Shown: piece by piece, positions 53,098 to 64,000 of the stretch
How the letters are laid out: every line of letters begins with the position of its first letter
Position numbering within the stretch: position 1 is the stretch's first letter
NCBI RefSeq assembly: GCF_006345805.1
Contig: NC_042997.1
Location: forward strand, 17,918,001 to 17,982,000
Source of the DNA: Octopus sinensis
Lineage: Eukaryota
DNA length: 64,000 bases
Direction: 5' to 3'
The notes under the pieces: generated by a model
Told to the model about the DNA's origin: nothing
What the model saw: the letters and a program-made list of their open reading frames with translations, nothing else
The model's database searches: none
Position numbers and translations under genes: made by a program

Positions 53098-55942
53098 CAG
53101 GGGTCTCCAAAGTTTTCCAGCGGAGGGCCACATTGCTGAATTTTTAAAGCTACGGGGGCCAAGGTTCTAAATTATTTATTTTACCAAAATAATATAAATA
53201 AATAGTGAATTAATAATTAAAAAAGGTTATTTATTCAGTACATAATCACAATGTATATAATATCAGTAACAATTAACATGTTTTTTTTAACTTTGATCAA
53301 TAGGGGAAACATGAAATTGTTTCATTTCTGACAAAATTTTGTCCAACTGAGTGGTTCCAATAACAAGCAATGCATTTAAATGTTCATCAGACAATTGTGA
53401 TCTGTAGCACGATTTTGTGTATTTCATCTTTGAAAAAGTCTTCTCACACAAATATGTGGTGCCAAAAACTGAAATGAATTCACAGGCAAACCTCCTTAAA
53501 TGAAGAAATTGGTCGGATGGAAGGCATTTGTAGAATTCAATCAAATTTCCCTCTTTATATTTGTCCTTCAGGATGTCATTGGATTGCAAATCAATAACTT
53601 CCATTTGTAACTCAGAAGGTAAGTCTCCAATAACAGAGTTAAATGGATTTTCAAAAATTCTTAGTTTTAAAGAACATGCATCAAGATCAGAAAAACGTTC
53701 TTCAAACTGTTGTTTCAAAGCTAAAATGACATCTTGAGCAAACAAGTTTGGAAATGGAGTGGCAGCTTCCTGTCTATATTTGTCACATCGTGAAAAATAA
53801 GTAAAGCAGCTTCTTGTTAACTGACTTTCAAATAGTATTAATTTCTTACGAAAAGCTTTCACCTTTGAGTACAAATCACAGATGAGTGAAGTTTCACCTT
53901 GTATCCGTAGGTTGAAATCATTGAGATGCATAGTTAAATCGGCTGAAAATGCTAATTTCCAGAGCCATTCACTGTCTTTGAGCAACACCTGTGAATGGTT
54001 TTTCTCATTTAAAAATATTTCAATTTCAGTTCGAAGCTCAAAAAATCTAGCCAGAATTTTTCCATAGCTAAGCCATCTTACTGAAGTATAGTAAGGTAGG
54101 TCTGGAAACTCAGCATTCATTTCCTCCAAGAAATCACGAAATTGGCGATGTTTGAGTCCATGAGATCTTATGTAGTTAACAGTGGAAATCACAGGATCTA
54201 ATACAGATGATAAATCAAGATGCTTTCCACACAGTGCTTGCTGATGAAGAATACAATGCAATACCAAAGGTTTCAATCCACCGGAATTCTCAATTACTTT
54301 GTTAATTTGCCCAACTAAGCCCTTTTTGGTTCCACACATATTTCTGCCACCATCTGTTGTTATGCATTTTAGTTTTTTCCATTCCAAATTATACTCAGCC
54401 ACTGACTTTTCCACTTCTCTAAAAATATCTATGCCTGTTGTTGTTCCATGCATGCTGTGCACAGATACAAGTTCCTCAGTAATCTCAAAATTGGCATTTA
54501 TTCCTCTGATGAACAATAACAATTGGGATGTGTCTGATACATCAATTGACTCATCAAGTGCAACAGAAAAGCATACAAACTTGCTGGCTTTGTCTTTTAG
54601 CTGTGATTTAATATTTCTTTCAATATGTTCAACCCTACGAGCAACAGTGTTCGCAGAAAGACTAATTGCGGAAAATAAATCTACGTTTTCTGGACACATT
54701 TCCTTAGCTACCTCATTCAAGCACTTTTTAATAAGTTCACCATCTGTAAATGGCTTACCTTTCTTCGCCAAAAGGTTAGCAACATGGAAGCTTGCTCTTG
54801 TTGCTCTCTCTTTTTCTACAGCCTTCTTCTTGAAAACAAGCTGCATTGATGATAAATACTTCTTTAATTTGTCAAATTTCTCTTTACGTAGCTGTCCAAT
54901 GAATTTGTAGTACTGTGATGAATGCTTTTTTTCATAATGTCTCCGAATGTTGTACTCTTTAAGTACTGCAATTGTGTCGGTGCATATAACGCATAGTGCC
55001 TTGTTGTTTGACTCTATGACAAAATAGTCTATGTTCCATTGTTCCTTAAAAACTCTACACTCAGAGTCAATTTTTCGTTTTCTTCCTTGAGCTAACATTT
55101 TTACCATGGGTTGACAGATTTTGCTCGACGATATATGTAAAAGGACGAAACAAGTAAAAACAATATTCACAGGTCACTCGATACGTGCATTCACTTCGGC
55201 AGTGACGACGACAAATGACTCACACTTGTGCACAACGAAAACGCCAAGTCTGTGCTGACTGACGGAATGCGCATCGAACTTTACTCCACGCTGATTGGCG
55301 ACTGCACCAGGATTAGAAACCACCACACAACGTCAGGCTCAACCCTCTCTATTCATCGCTCGTGAGATGTAGGTAACATCGATAAATCGATATTTGTCTT
55401 CTTTTATTATACTAGGCACGGGACTTTTATTAACGTCATACTTGTCGTATCCGCTCTCTCGACAGTTGACGGAATAGGTTGACTTTTCTGCGACATCAAT
55501 AAAGCTAGAAATTGAATCTCTGCTTCATTGTAAGCAGCACCATCCATCTCACCGACAATCGCCTGTTATCTAAGATGAATGATAGGTAGCTCCATAGCGA
55601 AGTTAATTCATTTTATGGTGGTTCTGATGGGTCAGTTAAAACGGGGGGAGTGGAAAAGAACCTATATTTACACTAAAGTTTAGTGTATAAATTTTTAATT
55701 CGCCGGCGCAATTTAAAGACATTAATTGATGGCAAATCAATTAGCGTCGTCTTGCGTCTATTTACTGTACTATATTTGTCAAACGTATTAAAAGGGGTGT
55801 AAAGTATATTTGTTTTTGTATGATTTCGGCAAGGCTTGTTTTTCGACATTTGTTTTATAATTTTGGAGGACAGCTCGGCGGGCCGGATTAAAAACCTTGG
55901 CGGGCCGAATCCGGCCCGCGGGCCGTACTTTGGAGACCCCTG
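53098..55942 (-). mobile_element. Complete hAT DNA transposon (Charlie/OposCharlie/GTF2IRD2-like group), 2845 bp
   Basis: Perfect 16-bp TIR CAGGGGTCTCCAAAGT at both ends; identical 8-bp TSD CATTAAAG (53090-97 and 55943-50); subterminal GGGCCG repeats (55877-55925); single long ORF. Confidence 0.98.
53287..55107 (-). CDS. hAT transposase, ~606 aa (GTF2IRD2/EPM2AIP1-like family)
   Basis: RKRKIDSECRVF N-terminus; BED-type Zn finger CVIC...RRHYEKKH; catalytic VALDES, TTDGG and YLCEKTFS; HCILHQQALC (CxxH); VRWLS; C-terminal dimerisation segment RSQLSDEHL. Uninterrupted. Likely start MVK at 55107 (or ML at 55098) rather than 55170. Confidence 0.95.
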   Translation of the reverse strand: MVKMLAQGRKRKIDSECRVFKEQWNIDYFVIESNNKALCVICTDTIAVLKEYNIRRHYEKKHSSQYYKFIGQLRKEKFDKLKKYLSSMQLVFKKKAVEKERATRASFHVANLLAKKGKPFTDGELIKKCLNEVAKEMCPENVDLFSAISLSANTVARRVEHIERNIKSQLKDKASKFVCFSVALDESIDVSDTSQLLLFIRGINANFEITEELVSVHSMHGTTTGIDIFREVEKSVAEYNLEWKKLKCITTDGGRNMCGTKKGLVGQINKVIENSGGLKPLVLHCILHQQALCGKHLDLSSVLDPVISTVNYIRSHGLKHRQFRDFLEEMNAEFPDLPYYTSVRWLSYGKILARFFELRTEIEIFLNEKNHSQVLLKDSEWLWKLAFSADLTMHLNDFNLRIQGETSLICDLYSKVKAFRKKLILFESQLTRSCFTYFSRCDKYRQEAATPFPNLFAQDVILALKQQFEERFSDLDACSLKLRIFENPFNSVIGDLPSELQMEVIDLQSNDILKDKYKEGNLIEFYKCLPSDQFLHLRRFACEFISVFGTTYLCEKTFSKMKYTKSCYRSQLSDEHLNALLVIGTTQLDKILSEMKQFHVSPIDQS

Positions 55943-56149
55943 CATTAAAGTATGAAATTGAACTACAATTAAAATCAAATCATTATCATGTGTGAAAACT
56001 ACCATTTAGAAAGTAGTTGCTCAAGTGGCTGAGATATTGATTGGTGTGTATAGGTAAAATGTTTCCACACAGAATTCATGAAAGCATTACACTTATACTA
56101 TCCCTAAAATCTTCAAATCGGAAGACAACTTAAATGATATAGCCTAAGA

Positions 56150-56455
56150 GATTTCCATGGCACCTGTGCCATTGGCACATCGCCTTACTGGCACCTGTGC
56201 CATTGGCATGTGTAAAAAGATTCGAGAGAGGCTGTTGCCAGTACTGCCTGACTGGCCCCCGTGCTGGTGGCATGTAAAAGCACCCACTACACTCTTGGAG
56301 TGGTTGGCATTAGGAAGGGCATCCAGCTGTAGAGACTCTGCCAGATCAAGACTGGAGCCTGGTGCAGCCATCTGGTTTGCCAGCCATCAGTCAAACCGTC
56401 CAACCCATGCTAGCATGGAAAGCAGACGTTAAACAATAATGATGATGATGATGAT
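56150..56455 (+). mobile_element. RTE 3'-tail copy with (GAT)n end
   Basis: tggcacctgtgccattggca duplicated, then the standard tail through acccatgctagcatggaaagcagacgttaaacaataatgatgatg. Confidence 0.85.
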
Positions 56456-57059
56456 AGGGTGGTCATAGCTGTAATTCCTTTGATCATAGGACTGCTCAGT
56501 TAGCATTGACCAAGGGTTGAACAACATCAACAGTATCCTCAAATGCAGCAACAGCTGTGCATAAAAGACATGCTAACATACAGGATTACTGTGTACCCTG
56601 TGAGCTGAAGGTTGTATAGATTGGTAGAATGATTAGGGCATTGAATAAAGTGCAACATGGTACTTAATTACAGCCATTTATGTTCTGAGTTCAAATCTCA
56701 CTGAGATCACCATTACCTTATATCCCTCCAATAAAATAAAGTACCAATCAGGTACTGACTGGGTGTGACTGCAATGCACACTAGATATGAATAGAATCAT
56801 AATAGAAGAACAATGGACCAAAACAGTTTTCTTTTGATTCCTAATATTCTTTTCTTAAACTTATTTAATGTCTTTCTAACATCAAAATGAAATTATAAAT
56901 ATAACATAATAAAAACATAAGAGACAAATAATAATGGTTTCTCTTTTCTTGTCTCTCAGTCACACTGACATAATTAAATAGCAAAAGTTACTTAATCAGC
57001 ACGAGACATTTACCATAAACAATAGACCTTGTCTCTGACTGAGAAATAATTTATTTTCA

Positions 57060-57304
57060 TCAACACACACACACACACACACACTCTCTCTCTCTCACAC
57101 ACACACTCTCTCTCTCACACACTCTCTCTTTCTCACACACACACTCTCTCTCTCTTGCACACACACACTTTCTCTCTCTCTCTCACACACACACACCCTC
57201 TCTCTCACACACACACACTCTCTCTCTCTCACACACACACTTTCTCTCTATCGCTCACACACTCACTCTCTCTCTTTCTCTCTCACACACACTCTTTCTC
57301 TCGC

Positions 57305-57350
<46 letters not shown>

Positions 57351-57370
57351 CACACACACACACACACAAA
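57060..57370. repeat. Alternating (CA)n/(CT)n compound microsatellite
   Basis: Direct reading. Confidence 0.95.
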
Positions 57371-58756
57371 TACATATTCTTGCATGCATAATAAATGTTT
57401 CTATTAGGAACACTGTATTTTTATATTATATTCTTACTTTCATTGAGTTTGATATTTTCCCTCTTTATGCAGACACAAATTCTAATATAAATAAATACAT
57501 GTATCTAGATTTTTATTGCTTAGTTGGAAAATATAAAGTAGTGCTCATTGGGATGCCATCTCAATCATTTGCAAATTGAGCAATGTTGATGTAATAACTG
57601 TAAAATCTGAATTTATGACAAGCAAGTAAGAAATTCCAGTGGGGTATATTTCTGAAGAAGAAGAAGGATTTAGCAAAATGTTTTGTATAGGGTCTTAGTG
57701 AGTGAGAGAGACAGTAAGAAGGTATTTGTCTGGTTTCTAAGAAAATAGTATGAAAGGATATTCTTAAGCCACTTGATAAAAGATGCTTTAATAATACATA
57801 TGTTATGCTCAATTTAGAAATCGAATAAAGTGGCTTAATATTTGTTCAAATGTTAACACACTCATTAGAGATGAAACTATATTATGAGACCCCCAGGAGT
57901 GACATATCTCTTAGTTATAAGATAAATTTTCTTTGATATTCATTTTAAACTGCTGATGAAGTTGAATTCTTCAAAAGAATATCACTGAGAAGAAAGTGTG
58001 AGATTACATCCTGGACCGGATAGTTCTACACTTATTCTTCAAAGAAAAGGAGAGAGAGTTGATTTGAGAGGAGATTTTCCTGTGTATTGTATGGAATGAA
58101 GAGATAACGAAGACTATATATCAGCTGCATTCACAGAATATCTAATACAGGCAATTATAGTAGCAATAGAGCTAACCTCAAGAGACATATTAAATTCTAT
58201 TGCAATAAAATCTAAACTAATTCAATGTTTCACCAAGAACTTCCAAACTTACAAACCAATTAGCATACATATAAAACTTTCTGTCTTTAATACAATTTAA
58301 CTTTAACTCTCTGTCTTTCTACCTGTCAACTTATTTACTGAATAGTTTGATTATCTCTTCACCTATTTATAGTTCAAACTACTCACCTTTTGTTAATTTT
58401 CTATCATTATACTTAAAATTTATTCAGAGTTGTACCTTCTCTTTGTCATTACTCAGAGTTTTCCATTTTCATTTTTCACTCCTTTTGGAAGCAGAAATGC
58501 AGACTCCTGAGTAGTGGTAGAGTGAAGCTTCAGCTTTTAAGTAAATGTATAAAATCTACTTCATACGATTTAGTATGAAGAACTGCCAAGTGATTGGAGT
58601 GGAGGCTTCTACAGAATGCATGAGATGAAAAGGTGAAAACTGATCTCAAGAAGCTGAACCTCACAAGGAAATGACAAGAATCTGGCACAAGATACATTTA
58701 TTTAAGATCGTTGATGCAATAAAGGCAAAATGGACAAAAAAAAGTGGTAGTGATTG

Positions 58757-58797
<41 letters not shown>

Positions 58798-58813
58798 TAT
58801 GTGTGTGTGTGTG

Positions 58814-58845
<32 letters not shown>

Positions 58846-59901
58846 AATTGTCTATGTATCATATTACATTGGGATTTTCCTACATTATGTTCCAGCTAAG
58901 TTTCCACCTTCTGCCCTGTCTATTACTCTCCTTCTTCACTCAGCCCCCTTCTTTTCACTGTACCAAGTTGCCGGCTTAATAAGGGATGCCATTTGATCTG
59001 TCTCTCAATCCCTTCACCCATTACCATTCTATCCCTCTTCCATCATGACACCTATGTTACAAAGGAAAGCACTGGAGCTGTCTATAATCAGTGCCCATGC
59101 CCTGACACTGCTTTACTGCTAGCCACCAGTTACCTTCTCCTATATCACTCTTCCTTGATATTTACCACTTTGACCAGTACTCATCTCAATTGGTATCCAT
59201 CATCCATTCTCTTTCTCCTATTCTAAGCCATTTTTATAGCTATCTCATTATAGTACTCACACTATTTTTCTATTAAATCCCCTGACACTATTAGCCTCCC
59301 CACCTACTGCTATGTCACCTATATTGTACTCATATTATCTCTTCTTTCACACTCTTGATTATCAATCTGTCATCCGTTCATCCTCTATCATGTTTGTGTC
59401 CTGAATGAAAGGTGTTAATATAGAGTAGGGAATGCATTTTAGTCTTGCAAAGGACAAGACAATTTTATCTAGTCGAGCTGGTACCACAATAAAATGTACT
59501 ATGTATAATCTGTAATGGACAGCAAGCAAACAAAAATAGTATTGGGTAGAGAAGAGTCCTTAGTCTTGTTGATGATATAATTATATATATCTAGTGTTGG
59601 CACCATGATAAAATGTATAAAGTATACTTTGTAAAGTGGTTAGTGTTAGAACAGGTATCCTGCCATTAAAATCATTCTGAAAATTAGGATATAAGAACAA
59701 GCTTTGGTCCTAGAACACATCTAGGATGGCAGTACTTTGTGCAATGAAAAACTTCCCAACCCATGGCAGTATGGAAAATAGATATAAAATGATAACAGTG
59801 ACATATATGTATGGAAACGAGTAAATACAGATATGCGCACACACACACACATGTATAAATATAAATATATATGGAATAGTTACTATGAAGAATTGTGTAG
59901 A

Positions 59902-60156
59902 ATATATTGTGTAAACGATCGTGGGTAAGACCAAAACAATGTGAAGTAAATGCAAGGCAAATCACAAGAAAGCAAATATATGAATTAATGTAGACATACC
60001 TTGCATTCATTAATTTCTTGAAAATGAGGTCATAACCCCGAAGTATTGAATGCAAGGTAAGTCTACATTAATTCATATATTTGTTTTCTCTTGTGATTTG
60101 CCTTGCATTTACTTCGCATTGTTCTGGCCTCACCCACAATCCTTTATACAATATAT
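59902..60156. mobile_element. Second fold-back MITE-like element (~105-bp imperfect arms, ~37-bp spacer)
   Basis: 59906-60009 pairs with 60047-60152 (e.g. gaagtaaatgcaaggcaaatcacaaga / tcttgtgatttgccttgcatttacttc) with scattered mismatches; TA-rich flanks. Confidence 0.85.
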
Positions 60157-60177
60157 ACACACACACACATATATATA

Positions 60178-60408
60178 TATTTCTTTACTACCCACAAGGG
60201 GCTAAACACAGACGGGACAAACAAGGACAGACGAACGGATTAAGTCGATTATATCGACCCCAGTGTGTAACTGGTACTTAATTTATCGACCCCGAAAGGA
60301 TGAAAGGCAAAGTCGACCTCGGCGGAATTTGAACTCGGAACGTGACGACAGACGAAATACAGCTACGCATTTCGCCCGGCGTGCTAACGTTTCTGCCAGC
60401 TCGCCGCC
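60178..60408 (-). mobile_element. SINE family B, full-length very young copy in a (TA)n tract
   Basis: ggcggcgagctggcagaaacgttagcacgccgggcgaaatgcg head with essentially all CpGs intact; long tail ending ccccttgtgggtagtaaagaaata. Confidence 0.93.
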
Positions 60409-61726
60409 AATATATATATATATATGTAAGCTAACATGTAAACATAAACATATATATGTGTATTCACACACACATAATATATATAAAAATATTTCAATGT
60501 TGGACATTTTTATCCAGCAACTGTGACTTCATCTGAGACTGTATATTGAAACTGAAACAATTGTATTATGAGTCCTCTTAACCATTTAAGAATATAAAAC
60601 TGTTATGTTACTTAACTGGGCAGTCGATTAATAAAAGACAGTATGTAATAGTACTAGTCATAAACTAACCAAAAATAAACAAAATGTGAATGTAATAGCT
60701 TTTGTATATTCTTAAATGACTGAAATGATGCTTACACTATATATATATATTACTATTATTTGAATGTACAAATTTATTTCAATGTGTTAAAGATTTTAAT
60801 TCGGTCTTTGAATTTGTTCCTTAGTCATGACTGTCTAAAGTGTAACATTTTAACTTAATTTTGATAATGGCTTCAGTTTCATTCCATAGTAAAATTTATT
60901 AAAAGAATAACACTTGACCACATATTGTGACAAGTAGAATTATATTAACTATAATTAGTCACTGAGGAAATTTTATTTTTCCTTATCACATAATTGTATC
61001 ACCATATAATTATATTATCTTTACTATGCTTACTATATTAGATGTAGTAAGTATAATAATAACTCTTACATCACTAGGGATACCACCAATAGTGGATGTG
61101 TCAGAGAAGTGTTAATTCTAGATAAACATTTCAAACATATAAATTTTAGAGTGTAGAAGTCATTATATTGAGCAGTAGAAATATCATACTGGTATCGGAT
61201 ATAAATATTTTAACCATTAGCTGGCAATCCACTAGTTTATTTTTCTGACTATTTTGCCTCTATTAATAGCTAAGAAAAGGAGAGGGGCTAAATTATTGTT
61301 GTTTAACACCAGCTCAGTCTTGATAAAGAAAACTTATAATCAAAAGGCATCCCAGTCATAATCATGACATCTTTTTGAATATTTATACACGGCTTTATAC
61401 AATTAATTATATTACAAAACCGAAGGAGTATAATATCTTTCTTTCTTAAGCAAGGAAATTTGACTGCAATATTTTGCAGGTCGTACAACCACACATAGTT
61501 TCTTTCTATGAGTCATGTAGTGCAGTGCAGGTATTTTTGGATTCTGATGGAAAGAGTAAACAGTTTATATTATTCTGAAAGTATTTGAATTTGTAAATTT
61601 GTCATATGGATAAAATGAAAAAAATTAATAATGAAAAGATGTGGGAACTATAAGCACAAGGATAGGAGCATAACCACTACTAAACTGAATAAATAAATGA
61701 AAATAGCAAATGGAAATTGTTCATAA

Positions 61727-61940
61727 GGTGGCAAGCTGGTAGAATCGTTAGCAAACCGGGCAAAATGCTTGGCAGTATTTCGTCCATCTTTACATTCTGA
61801 GTTCAAATTCTACTGAGGTTGACTTTGCCTTTCACCCTTTGTGGTTGATAAAATAAGTACTAATTGAGAACTGAGGTCAATGTAAATCGACCAGTCCTTC
61901 CCCCAAAATTTCAGGCCTCGTGCTTATAGTAGAAAAGATT
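61727..61940 (+). mobile_element. SINE family B (short tail)
   Basis: Collinear with 37446-37658. Confidence 0.88.
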
Positions 61941-63016
61941 ATTTGACATACTACCAATGAAATAATTGATCAGCATTATCAATTTCTTTTGTTGAGTAGA
62001 CTGTTAGAGGTGCTTAGGGTTGCTGGTCAAATAATTGGTTGACTTTTCAAATACTGAAATGATATCTGTTCACTTGTTATGAGCAAAGATAATTCGCTAA
62101 AATCTACAGAGAGTGGCAAGAAATGATAAGAAACTTTTACAGCAATATCTAAAAAGAAGCAATGCTCAAGGTCTTTCAAGATGTCAATTGATTGTAGTAT
62201 CTCTACTGTACTGTTACTACAAAATCACATTTTTTATAAAAGTCCTATGTTCTTATTTCCAGTTTCCCTTTTTTCATTTGTAACTTGTAATCTTTCTACT
62301 GTAACCAGTTGTTATTGTTACCAGTAACCCTTAAGCATTTAAACTGGCCATATTCAGCCAAAACATTCTACTTATTTTAAGCTCAAACTGGCCAGATCCA
62401 ACCTCTCAGATCTATCCTAGAATGTCATTCTATAAGTAACATTCACATCATTCAAATCTCAAAGCTATGAGATAATGCAAGATTAATTCAAAACATTCTA
62501 AATAAATAAACATTACATTTGACAGAATTACTAAAGGGTTAATGTTGTTATTATTGATATGGAGAGATGAGACTATTTTCAGGATGTATTACAAGAGGAT
62601 AATATCAAGGAGTGGTATACCTTTCTTCACTCACAACATCAAAGAGTATTTTAATTCATCACTGTAAGTTAACGAAATGCTAACTATACAGTATTCCTGC
62701 TACCTAGGTCAATCATGATCACAGTCTTTCAATTTATGATTATGTTAGCAGGCATGGATATATAGCAGTGCAGCCATGGCTGTATGGTTAAGAGTTTTCC
62801 ATCCAACCTCGTAGTTCTGGGTTCAGTCCCTTGTTTAAGACACTTTTATGTCATCTACTATAGTTCTGAGCCAAACAGAACCTTCTGAGTGGATTTGTTA
62901 GACATAAACTGTATGCTGTCATATACATGTGTGCGTGTTTGTGTATGTGTGTGTGTGTGTGTTTATATCTCCTTGTCATGACATTGTATACTAGTTGTAA
63001 TACTTCTGATGTACCA

Positions 63017-63233
63017 ATGTAGTGACCTGGCAGAAACATTAGCATGCCGGGTGAGATGCTTAGCAGTTTTTCATCTGTCTTTATGTTCTGAGTTCAAATT
63101 TCGCCAAGGTCGACTTTGCCTTTCATCCTTGGAGTCGATAAATTAAGTACCAGTTGCATACTGGGGTCAATCTAATCGACTGCCCCCCCCTCCCAGAAAT
63201 TTTGAGCCTTGTGCCTAGAGTAGAAAAGAATAT
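63017..63233 (+). mobile_element. SINE family B (short tail), 5'-clipped, with probable TSD
   Basis: ttctgatgtacc flanks both sides (~63005-63016 and ~63234-63245). Confidence 0.85.
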
Positions 63234-64000
63234 TTCTGATGTACCCTATCCTATTTCTGGCTCCATTAGTGTTCACTTTTCCTTTGTTTTGTGTTTTATT
63301 CTGTTTTGGCTACTACTGCAGTTTTTCTTGACTTGACTAATTGTTGCAATCTGTCTCTTCTTTGATGTAGGTCACCTGAACACTGTATTACAATAAGCTC
63401 ATTATTATTTTATATTTTTTATTTAGATGTTTTCAAACTACTATTTATCTTTACATATGGCTAAAGTAATTACTATACGTGAAGATATATAGTTCTGCAG
63501 AATGAATTATTTATTACCATAATTTCTTTATGATCACTGTTTCCGAGCTGCATTCACTCTGGGGCCAAGTTTTCATACATATGTATTTGAAAGAATATTT
63601 GTAAAAATGGAGAGAGCTAACTTTAAACTAAACTGTATGTACTTCAGTAAACAATAAATCATTTAGTCTCCTCTATCATTTCTCTACCTAAACTATTTTA
63701 GCAAGTTTATACTTTGAAGTATAATAAAGGTGCTATAATCTATCTGTGAAGCAAATGAAGATAACTGCTAGAAAATGTGGGAAATATACTGATATTTAAA
63801 AACAAAAAATTCTTGCCATCATCTAACTTTGATAAATCTGTTTATTTTTCACGCTTGCATTTTATAAATTAATCATGATACTATCCTATTTCTGAATTTA
63901 TTTTCTATTATTTATTGATTTAGTTTTTCATTTATTTATTTCTAGCAGCTTTTGAAAATAGTTGTAATTAATGCAATTCACTACATTCTGGTATATATCT

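Noticed and set aside
54299-54910. 203-aa plus-strand ORF
   Set aside because: Antisense shadow of the hAT transposase.
55673-56005. 110-aa ORF beside the transposase
   Set aside because: It crosses the hAT TIR/TSD into flanking DNA, so it cannot be an element gene.

Overview
AT-rich, repeat-saturated animal genomic DNA (intergenic or long-intron type). The SINE/LINE families and microsatellite load look like an octopus (coleoid cephalopod) genome; this is inferred from repeat recognition, not from a search. No host gene can be called with confidence, and most of the ORF track is translated microsatellite. Transposons: an apparently intact, young 2.85-kb hAT (Charlie/GTF2IRD2-like) element with perfect 16-bp TIRs, an 8-bp TSD and a ~606-aa open transposase (53098-55942, minus strand); a decayed full-span mariner (18619-19879); a second mariner remnant; a Tc1-like non-autonomous element; and two fold-back MITEs. 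Retroelements: two decayed RTE LINEs and many copies of their 3' tail, plus many tRNA-derived SINEs, several with clear 14-19 bp TSDs. The most interesting signals are RNA-structural. An HDV-like self-cleaving ribozyme fold sits at the exact 5' end of the RTE LINE (30630-30707), with a built-in competing helix and a flanking inverted duplication. A Penelope-type minimal hammerhead motif is fused to a SINE head (10602-10647), and further degenerate hammerhead-like cores occur in Penelope-like fragments.
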